From: Patescibacteria group bacterium
Lineage (GTDB): Bacteria > Patescibacteriota > Patescibacteriia > 2-01-FULL-39-33
Assembly: GCA_041662745.1 (NCBI GenBank)
Contig: JBAZRV010000005.1
Location: 60,001-92,000, forward strand
DNA length: 32,000 nt
Reading direction: 5' to 3'
Shown here: positions 26,264-32,000 of the stretch, one piece after another
Layout of the letters: every line of letters starts with the position of its first letter
How positions within the stretch are numbered: the first letter of the stretch is position 1
Program-made: the position numbers and the translations under genes
The notes under the pieces: generated by a model
Told to the model about the DNA's origin: nothing
The model's input: only the letters and a program-made list of their open reading frames with translations
Database searches by the model: none

Positions 26264-26484
26264 GACATTTTTGAATCAAAAAGAGGAGAATTATACCCGA
26301 ATCATTGCTAAAAATACGGGGGCAATAATATTCAATTCGTGGAATACCCTCATGATCATCCTAATTACTATGATAGCATCAGTGAAATCCATTGCCAGAA
26401 TTGCGACCGACGTTTCGGCCGTTGGTCAGGCAAAGAATTAAAAGAAGGCGAATGCGAGAAACCTTATAGTAAGGAGAATTAAAC

Positions 26485-26775
26485 ATGACTAAAAAAAGGT
26501 TCATTGAACTGCATGGCCAATCTGCTTGGGACCTGCTAGTGGAGACGATTGAACCGCCGTTTGCCTGGATGAAAAAATTTATGCCCAGTGACGACAAAAT
26601 GTCAGAACGCGGTCACAAAACCGTTATGCGGCTTCTTGAACGGCTCGGCATAGTCGAAGCAACTGGCCTTAATGAGGCTGAACAAAAATCATGCGAAAAA
26701 GACTTAGAAATTGCCCGATTAGAAAAAGAAATAAAGAAATTGCGAAAACAACTTGAGCAAGGTGACCGACTATGA
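26485..26775 (+). CDS. Hypothetical protein with C-terminal coiled coil
   Basis: SD AAGGAG lies 8 nt upstream. The C-terminus LEIARLEKEIKKLRKQLEQ shows a heptad-like pattern. Confidence 0.6.
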   Translation: MTKKRFIELHGQSAWDLLVETIEPPFAWMKKFMPSDDKMSERGHKTVMRLLERLGIVEATGLNEAEQKSCEKDLEIARLEKEIKKLRKQLEQGDRL

Positions 26776-26843
26776 CTAAAACTCAATTTGAAGTCCAAAG
26801 ATGGCAATACTTTAATCAATATAACAACCAAGGAGGACTCTAA
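26772..26843 (+). CDS. Possible 23-aa micro-ORF
   Basis: Joined to the upstream gene by an ATGA overlap and ends 2 nt before the next GTG start. Its 3' end carries that gene's SD. The product is MTKTQFEVQRWQYFNQYNNQGGL. Confidence 0.3.
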   Translation: MTKTQFEVQRWQYFNQYNNQGGL

Positions 26844-26845
26844 TT

Positions 26846-27037
26846 GTGAGTAAACCGAGATACACTCAATGGATAGATGGCGAGGGTTGGACAGGAATTA
26901 CTCGGAAAATCCAGGGCCGGCCAGATGTTGCTATTGGTGTCATAACCGGCGCCTGCCATTCTATAAAAGACTTAATCAAAATGTTACAAGAAGCCTATAA
27001 AATGGGGTTAGCGGATGGAAAAAAATTAAGACAATAA
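26846..27037 (+). CDS. Hypothetical small protein (63 aa)
   Basis: The GTG start has AAGGAGG 8 nt upstream, and a terminator follows directly. Confidence 0.5.
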   Translation: MSKPRYTQWIDGEGWTGITRKIQGRPDVAIGVITGACHSIKDLIKMLQEAYKMGLADGKKLRQ

Positions 27038-27048
27038 GCACTTTAACC

Positions 27049-27076
27049 AAACACGGCACCCCTGCCGTGTTTTTTG
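27049..27076. terminator. Bidirectional rho-independent terminator
   Basis: acacggca (27051-27058), loop cccc, and tgccgtgt (27063-27070), followed by TTTTT and preceded by AA. It sits between the convergent 26846 gene and cysS. Confidence 0.8.
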
Positions 27077-27077
27077 C

Positions 27078-28490
27078 TTAGATTTTTTTTAATTTATAAT
27101 CATCCTTACTGTCTTCCATTTGCCAACCGGCTTGCAAGAGTTCATCACGCAAACGATCCGACTCGGCCCAATTCTTGGTTTGTCGAGCCTGCCAACGCGC
27201 TTCGGCTAAAGTTTTTATTTCAGCGGGAATTTCTTCCGCTCTAAGTTGCGATAAATTCAAGCCCAAAACTTGATCAAAATCAATTATGGTCGCATATTTT
27301 TCCGCATCAGGCAAATCAGCCTTGAGTATTTCCCAAACCAATGCTAAGGCTTGGGGAATATTAAAATCATCTTCCAGGGCGGCGATGAACTTATTTTTAA
27401 ATAATTCCTCCGTTCGCCCGCCATCCGGCTGGTTCGGTCGGAATGACAATAATTGCAAGCGTAAATTATTTAATGCGGATTGGGCGGCATCAAGCGCCTC
27501 CCAAGTAAAATTTTGCTTACTGCGATAATGCGCGCCCAAGAAAAAATAACGCAAGACCAGCGGATCATACCCTTTGGCCTTGATATCGGTTACCGAATAA
27601 GCCGTACCGTCGGATTTTGACATCTTGCCGCCGTCAACATTAAGATGTTCATTATGCAACCAATAATCCACGAACTTTTGGCCGGAAAAGGCCTCGCTCT
27701 GAGCAATCTCGTTGGTATGATGCACGGGCACGTGCTCAATACCGCCCATATGCAAATCAATCGTTGGACCGAAAATCTTATAGTTCATAGCCGAACATTC
27801 CAAATGCCAGCCGGGGAAACCCTCCCCTTTAATTGTTTTACCCTGAACACGAAATTTGTACGGCCAAGTTTGTAAGGCATTTTCATGCGCGCCCGCCTTA
27901 AAAAACCATACGGCAAAGTCAGCCGAATTCCTTTTTCCCGGATCGCCCACTTCGCCCTTGCCGGCCTCAGCCTGATTTTCTTCCAATTTCTGGCCGGACA
28001 ACCTGGTGTAGTCCCGGGCCTTGGCAATATCAAAATAAATCGCCAAATCGGTGACATAAGCATAATCCTTATCCAGAAAAACCTGCACCATTTTTTGCAT
28101 TTGCTTGATATACTCCGTGGCCCGCGGTTTATAGTCGGGGGGCAAACAATTCAAATCAGCCACATCAGCTTCAAATTGCGCGATGTATTTATCAGCTATC
28201 TGCTTCGGCGTTAGGCCTTCGCGTCTGGCCGCCTTAATCATCTTGTCTTCGCCCTCATCCTCATCGCTGGTCAAATGGCCGACATCGGTATAATTCCGGG
28301 CAAACTTCACTTTGTAACCAAGATAGGCAAGCGACCGGCGAATCAAGTCGGCCAGCACCATGGCGCGCATATTGCCGAGATGCTGAATCCAATAAACAGT
28401 CGGCCCGCATTGGTAGAAAGTGACTTCTTTCTTTTTAAGCGGCTTAAAATCCTCTTGTTTTTTACTTAAGGTGTTGAAAATCTTTAACAT
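27078..28490 (-). CDS. cysS: Cysteine--tRNA ligase
   Basis: MLKIFNTLSKKQEDFKP is a typical CysRS N-terminus. Also present are CGPTVY..HLGN (HIGH-type), HLECSAM, VHHTNE and KMSKS. The start is placed at the ATG at 28490; the alternatives are TTG 28559 and ATG 28553. Confidence 0.93.
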   Translation of the reverse strand: MLKIFNTLSKKQEDFKPLKKKEVTFYQCGPTVYWIQHLGNMRAMVLADLIRRSLAYLGYKVKFARNYTDVGHLTSDEDEGEDKMIKAARREGLTPKQIADKYIAQFEADVADLNCLPPDYKPRATEYIKQMQKMVQVFLDKDYAYVTDLAIYFDIAKARDYTRLSGQKLEENQAEAGKGEVGDPGKRNSADFAVWFFKAGAHENALQTWPYKFRVQGKTIKGEGFPGWHLECSAMNYKIFGPTIDLHMGGIEHVPVHHTNEIAQSEAFSGQKFVDYWLHNEHLNVDGGKMSKSDGTAYSVTDIKAKGYDPLVLRYFFLGAHYRSKQNFTWEALDAAQSALNNLRLQLLSFRPNQPDGGRTEELFKNKFIAALEDDFNIPQALALVWEILKADLPDAEKYATIIDFDQVLGLNLSQLRAEEIPAEIKTLAEARWQARQTKNWAESDRLRDELLQAGWQMEDSKDDYKLKKI

Positions 28491-28697
28491 AGATTTCTTT
28501 GCCGCTTTTTCTAGAAAAATCGGCTGAAAAAGTCGCGACCGGTCATAAATCATGGCCAAATTTTACACTTCACTCACTAAAATTTTCTGACGCTACGCTT
28601 GCGAAAATTTTTAGCGTTCGCTTTCGTATAAAATTAGCACAAGATTTATTTATAGTCGCATTTTAAATGCTAATAATAAATACAATAATTAATAAAA

Positions 28698-29150
28698 CTA
28701 TTCAATTCTTACTTCATCACCTGCCCTAATCCCGTGGCTGGCGACGAAACCGGCGTTGGCCTCTAATACCATATTTACCGGGCCGGGCGAAGCATAAAGC
28801 TCAGTTGGTCGCTCCCCTGCCGGCGGCAGATTCTCACTGGCGCCGACGACCTGATTATCTTTTAACCAAATGATATCCAAAGGAAAATTCATATCTTTCA
28901 TCCAAAAACTGCGAGCGGACGGAGCGTTATAGACAAACAACATGCCACAATCGGCGCACAAGGACCGGCGATCGGATAAACCCTTGATTTTATCCGCTTC
29001 GGTCGTTACCAATTCCACTTTGATTTTTTTCTCGCCGAAATAAACATGTTTATCAGCTTTATCGGCCGTCTTAATGGCAGTACAGCCGGTTAGCAACAAA
29101 CCGGAAAACAAGGCGAACGACAAAATTAAGCTTTTTTTGATTTGACCCAT
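28698..29150 (-). CDS. DUF192 domain lipoprotein
   Basis: MGQIKKSLILSFALFSGLLLTGC is a lipoprotein signal peptide. MNFPLDIIWL resembles the DUF192 core. Confidence 0.75.
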   Translation of the reverse strand: MGQIKKSLILSFALFSGLLLTGCTAIKTADKADKHVYFGEKKIKVELVTTEADKIKGLSDRRSLCADCGMLFVYNAPSARSFWMKDMNFPLDIIWLKDNQVVGASENLPPAGERPTELYASPGPVNMVLEANAGFVASHGIRAGDEVRIE

Positions 29151-30178
29151 AAGGCGACGGAAATTATTGCCATAACCAAAACCAAACAAATAATCAATAT
29201 CATTTTACCAGAACTGGTTGAAATAATTCCCAAGGAGCCAAAGGCCAGGGCGATCAGCCACAAGAGCCAAACCGCCTGGGTGTGCGATAAGCCCAAGCCG
29301 AGCAAGCGGTAATGCAAGTGATTGCGATCGCCGGCGAACGGCGATTTGCCGGAAATTAAGCGACGTATAATCACCAGCAGAACATCCAGGGCCGGCAAAC
29401 CCATCACCAGTAGCGTAGTAATGATTTTTGAGCCGGAAACAATGGAGAGCACCCCCAACAAAAATCCGATGAATACGGAACCGCCCTCGCCCAAAAAAAT
29501 TGAGGCCGGGCGCCAATTGTAAATCAAAAAACCGAGCGCTGCCCCCAAAAGCAACAAGGCCCAAATGCCTGTCGCCGACAACGGCGCATCCCAACGCAAA
29601 GAAACCAAAAAAATAAACAACGCGGCAATAGTGGCGATGCCGGCCACCAAACCGTCCAAACCGTCCAAAAACTTAGTGGTATAGGCCATGCCCAAGAGCC
29701 AAAAAAACACGATGGCTATGCCCAAATACTTGCCAATAAACAAAACGGCTCCGGATTGGCTTAAGGGATTGGTGATAAAAGCTATATGCAGCCCCGACAA
29801 TAAAACAACGATAACGGCGAAGACAGGGAAAAATATTTGCTGTTGCGGTTTAAGGCTGTATTTATCGTCAATCGTGCCGCCGATCATCAATATCAAACAA
29901 GCAAGAAAAATGCCCCAGAGCAAGCAATCGTTAATCAAAGAAAAATCCGCCAAATTAAAAAATCTAAAAATAAAAACACCGGCAAAAACCGATAAAAATA
30001 TCGCCCACCCGCCCATGAAAGGCACCGGATTCTGATGGATCTTGCGTTCGGCCGCCTGCGGTTTATCCATAATATCAAAACGCCGGGCCACCAATTTGAC
30101 TAACGGGGTCAAACCGACGGCCAACAAAAAAGACAGCAAAATAGCGCCAAAATAAATGATGGGATCATTGTCATTCAT
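29126..30178 (-). CDS. Polyprenyl-phosphate sugar-1-phosphate transferase, MraY/WecA family (glycosyltransferase family 4 membrane enzyme)
   Basis: About ten TM helices, GGTIDDKYSL, and the motif TKFLDGLDGLVAG. Its size fits a WecA/TagO-like enzyme better than MraY. The start is placed at the ATG at 30178, because the track's TTG at 30193 overlaps the -10 hexamer. Confidence 0.85.
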   Translation of the reverse strand: MNDNDPIIYFGAILLSFLLAVGLTPLVKLVARRFDIMDKPQAAERKIHQNPVPFMGGWAIFLSVFAGVFIFRFFNLADFSLINDCLLWGIFLACLILMIGGTIDDKYSLKPQQQIFFPVFAVIVVLLSGLHIAFITNPLSQSGAVLFIGKYLGIAIVFFWLLGMAYTTKFLDGLDGLVAGIATIAALFIFLVSLRWDAPLSATGIWALLLLGAALGFLIYNWRPASIFLGEGGSVFIGFLLGVLSIVSGSKIITTLLVMGLPALDVLLVIIRRLISGKSPFAGDRNHLHYRLLGLGLSHTQAVWLLWLIALAFGSLGIISTSSGKMILIICLVLVMAIISVALWVKSKKA

Positions 30179-30184
30179 GCCATA

Positions 30185-30213
30185 ATTATACAAAAATCTT
30201 GGCTAAAATTCAA
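30185..30213 (-). promoter_or_regulatory. Promoter TTGAAT-17-TATAAT (minus strand), -10 only 6 nt from ATG
   Basis: Read on the minus strand, TTGAAT is at 30213->30208 and TATAAT at 30190->30185, followed by tatggc and then the ATG at 30178. Confidence 0.55.
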
Positions 30214-30214
30214 G

Positions 30215-30243
30215 AAAAACAAAAGGACCGGCTGAACCGGTCC
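30215..30243 (-). terminator. Rho-independent terminator
   Basis: On the minus strand, GGACCGG-ttcag-CCGGTCC (30243->30225) is followed by TTTTGTTTTT. Confidence 0.8.
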
Positions 30244-30271
30244 CGTTAAAGTGCTATTGTTGTAAATCGTT

Positions 30272-30484
30272 TTACTGTTCCGTTTCATCGGACGGGCAAG
30301 GCGGTGTTTCCACCGGCGGATCACCCAGTTTCAAGCCGCAGGACGGGCAACGCGATAAATAGCTATAAAATTCTGCATGGCATTGCGCGCATTTAACCTT
30401 GACGCCGACAAAAGAGATAAAGACGAAAAGCGCAAAAAAAATGCACAAGACTTCCATAACCGGCGTACAAATTGCCGGCCACAT
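30272..30484 (-). CDS. Small membrane-anchored zinc-ribbon protein (70 aa)
   Basis: The ATG at 30484 has AGGAG 8 nt upstream. A TM helix (VLCIFFALFVFISFVGV) is followed by CAQC-x12-CPSC. Confidence 0.5.
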   Translation of the reverse strand: MWPAICTPVMEVLCIFFALFVFISFVGVKVKCAQCHAEFYSYLSRCPSCGLKLGDPPVETPPCPSDETEQ

Positions 30485-30485
30485 G

Positions 30486-30620
30486 TCAATTGCTCCTCTT
30501 GCGGTTGGCGCGCCGCTCCGCTCTGCGCTCCTCCCGCTTTGAACCGGTACGAGGCAAAAAACCGGCGCCGCTGCCATAATAAGCGGAAAAGAACTTAAGC
30601 CACAATCTGCGCAGACTCAT
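30486..30620 (-). CDS. Possible 44-aa Arg-rich small protein
   Basis: The ATG at 30620 has AAGGAG 7 nt upstream. The product is MSLRRLWLKFFSAYYGSGAGFLPRTGSKREERRAERRANRKRSN, and its stop lies 1 nt before the next ATG. It is below the ORF-track cutoff. Confidence 0.3.
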   Translation of the reverse strand: MSLRRLWLKFFSAYYGSGAGFLPRTGSKREERRAERRANRKRSN

Positions 30621-30678
30621 GAATTTTCTCCTTTTTAGTTATCATAGCCATTTTAGGTCAGGAATTGCCATTCAAGTT

Positions 30679-30707
30679 ATCCTATCAGCAACAACGTTTT
30701 TTGTCAA
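30679..30707 (-). promoter_or_regulatory. Possible promoter TTGACA-17-TAGGAT (minus strand)
   Basis: Read on the minus strand, TTGACA is at 30707->30702, overlapping the T-run of the ftsX terminator. TAGGAT is at 30684->30679. Confidence 0.35.
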
Positions 30708-30733
30708 ACAAAAACTGTCGAAAATTTCGACAG
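30705..30733 (-). terminator. Rho-independent terminator of ftsEX
   Basis: The palindrome ctgtcgaaaatttcgacag (30715-30733) is followed on the minus strand by TTTTTGTTTG. Confidence 0.75.
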
Positions 30734-30753
30734 TAATAAAGTGAGATTTCTGC

Positions 30754-30779
30754 TAATTTTAGACGTTAATTTTAGACGT
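30754..30779. repeat. Perfect 13-bp tandem duplication (taattttagacgt x2) spanning the ftsX stop codon
   Basis: 30754-30766 is identical to 30767-30779. Confidence 0.9.
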
Positions 30780-31689
30780 TTAAATATTTGCCAATGGCCA
30801 CCGCCGAAGAAACAATGTTGACGGCGGTAATGGCTAACAATTCCGTACCGAAGATATAAACAAAATTAGCATTAAAATAACCGGTCAAATCAAAGGTGGC
30901 GCCGGCAAAAAAACCGGAAACATACGGTTGCAACACCGATAACAAAGGATAGAAAAAAACTATGGTAATAAATACCGCGACGATTCCGGCAATAACGCTT
31001 TCCAAAATAAAAGGCGAACGGATAAACCAATTGGAAGCCCCGACCAACTTCATGATGCCGATTTCATTTTGGTGAGTGAAAATAGCCACGCGAACCGTAT
31101 TAAAAATTATCAAGATGGAAATAAGAGCGAAGATGCCGATAACGAAATAAGCGGCGCGGCGCACCGTATCGGCAATGCCGTTAATCCGCGAAATCACCAA
31201 TTGATTATCATCATAATTCTTTTCCTCAATCAACTCGGCAAAAGATGGATCATCGATGGCTTTTAGAATCTCCGGGTAATCCTTGAGATCCTTGGCTTTG
31301 ATTACCAGGGTGGCGCTCATAGGGTTGGCGGATAACTCTTTAAGCGTCTCCTGAATCTTAACGTCGCCGGCATGCTTCTCCTTAAACGCTTCCAGATTGT
31401 CTTCAGATGAACGATAAGTGATATTTTTGACTTGAGACAATCCTTCCAGATGGGATTTGACTTCGGCGACTTTGCTTTCCCTGACTTCCGGCTTGAAATA
31501 AACTGAGACATCAATGCGGTCTTTAACCGCCGCAATGGCCGAGTCGGAAATAACATTGACGACCAGAAGCAGATTAACGGAAATCAAAGTTAAAAAAATC
31601 ACAAAAACAGTGGCCAGAGACAGCCAAATATTGCGCCAAAAAGACTGCAGGGCGAAAAAAATTGAACGATTTAAAGTCAAAAGAAACAT
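30772..31689 (-). CDS. ftsX: Cell division permease-like protein FtsX
   Basis: Four TM helices with a large loop between TM1 and TM2. MKLVGASNWFIRSPFILE is the conserved FtsX box. It lies directly downstream of ftsE. Confidence 0.88.
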   Translation of the reverse strand: MFLLTLNRSIFFALQSFWRNIWLSLATVFVIFLTLISVNLLLVVNVISDSAIAAVKDRIDVSVYFKPEVRESKVAEVKSHLEGLSQVKNITYRSSEDNLEAFKEKHAGDVKIQETLKELSANPMSATLVIKAKDLKDYPEILKAIDDPSFAELIEEKNYDDNQLVISRINGIADTVRRAAYFVIGIFALISILIIFNTVRVAIFTHQNEIGIMKLVGASNWFIRSPFILESVIAGIVAVFITIVFFYPLLSVLQPYVSGFFAGATFDLTGYFNANFVYIFGTELLAITAVNIVSSAVAIGKYLNV

Positions 31690-31692
31690 AAA

Positions 31693-32000
31693 TTAGATTA
31701 CATATTTCCCTACTTTTTGATCTCCGACCACTAAGCCTTCATCCAAAGTAATAACGCGACGCTTGAGGGAATTAACAATTTCTTTATTATGAGTCACCAT
31801 CACGACAGTGGTGCCAAACTCGTTAATTTTTAATAATAAATCAATAATATCCTTGGTGTTTAGGGCGTCCAGATTGCCGGTCGGCTCATCGGCCAAAAGC
31901 ACCTTGGGACGATGAATCAGGGCACGGGCGATGGCCACGCGCTGTTTCTCTCCGCCGGACAACTCATGCGGATAACGCGCCAGCTTATCCTGCAGATCCA
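31693..32000 (-). CDS. ftsE: Cell division ATP-binding protein FtsE (N-terminus off-window)
   Basis: Has the ABC signature LSGGEKQRVAIARAL, Walker B LLADEPTGNLD and the H-loop VMVTHN. The frame stays open to the window edge (..DLQDKLARYPHELSGGE). Confidence 0.9.
   Translation of the reverse strand, partial: DLQDKLARYPHELSGGEKQRVAIARALIHRPKVLLADEPTGNLDALNTKDIIDLLLKINEFGTTVVMVTHNKEIVNSLKRRVITLDEGLVVGDQKVGKYVI

Larger units (their letters stand above)
24265..27040. mobile_element. Candidate recombinase-associated islet (recombinase plus divergent orphan small genes); boundaries and mobility unproven
   Basis: A tyrosine recombinase sits at one edge. Five to eight small ORFs with no recognisable family, several with strong SDs and start/stop overlaps, are wedged between the housekeeping genes uvrA and cysS. 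I found no att repeats and no GC shift. Confidence 0.25.

Noticed and set aside
24265-27077. Lower GC as evidence that the islet is foreign.
   Set aside because: Hand counts gave 44/100 (24361-24460) and 43-44/100 (25232-25431). These are indistinguishable from core genes such as pilB (41/100), so no compositional claim is made.
28491-28559. A 23-aa N-terminal extension of CysRS (starts TTG 28559 or ATG 28553).
   Set aside because: CysRS proteins typically begin M-L/I-K-L/I-x-N-T-L, which matches the ATG at 28490. The extension remains possible, so the start confidence is only moderate.
28560-28697. A possible T-box or other leader upstream of cysS, including the 13-nt palindrome GCATTTTAAATGC (28658-28670) and loosely repeated acgct/tcgctt segments.
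   Set aside because: No T-box consensus (AAnnnGGGTGGtACCGCG-like) appears on the coding strand. The palindrome is AT-rich with a 1-nt centre, and the repeats are too degenerate.
30179-30193. TTG 30193 as the start of the WecA/MraY-family gene.
   Set aside because: It lies within the spacer and -10 region of the best promoter for the gene. The ATG at 30178 is preferred.
1-32000. CRISPR arrays, tRNA/rRNA/tmRNA genes, and alternative genetic code (UGA or UAG reassignment).
   Set aside because: There are no regularly spaced direct repeats. No intergenic region is long enough or carries tRNA-like T-arm motifs. All three stop codons terminate well-supported genes (for example TGA at 13495, 14760 and 26775), and the long ORFs are intact under the standard code.

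Overview
The window is densely packed, uses the standard genetic code, and holds about 30 credible genes. I found no rRNA, tRNA or CRISPR array. Gene content and architecture suggest a small-genome, monoderm-like bacterium, possibly Patescibacteria/CPR-like; that assignment is inference only.

Gene order:
(1) 2-8568: a cell-surface glycan/adhesion locus. It contains a Wzy_C-like membrane protein and a 1086-aa fusion of a GT4 glycosyltransferase, a TM helix, a glycoside-hydrolase-like TIM barrel and FG-GAP repeats. It also contains a DUF11/CARDB-like membrane protein, a GC-richer Ig-domain lipoprotein with its own promoter and terminator, and a second GT4.
(2) 9173-17555: a secretin-less type IV pilus cluster, pilB-pilC, four translationally coupled minor-pilin-like genes, pilM-pilN-pilO and an orphan membrane gene.
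(3) 17665-19948, minus strand: a minimal Fe-S operon, Rrf2-IscU-Nfu-NifS/IscS.
(4) 20032-21559: two secreted proteins, one of them C39-like.
(5) 21681-24242: uvrA, apparently lacking the insertion domain.
(6) 24265-27037: a tyrosine recombinase and a divergent string of small orphan genes.
(7) 27078-32000: cysS, a DUF192 gene, a WecA/MraY-family gene, a small zinc-ribbon module, and ftsX-ftsE.

Several near-consensus sigma70-type promoters (TTGACA-17-TATAAT) and clear hairpin terminators are readable by eye.

The best candidates for something undescribed are the GT4/hydrolase-like/FG-GAP fusion operon, the Ig-domain lipoprotein cassette with its long structured leader, the pilus tip and minor-pilin set, and the recombinase-linked small-gene islet. 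All domain calls rest on motif recognition by eye; no database search was run.
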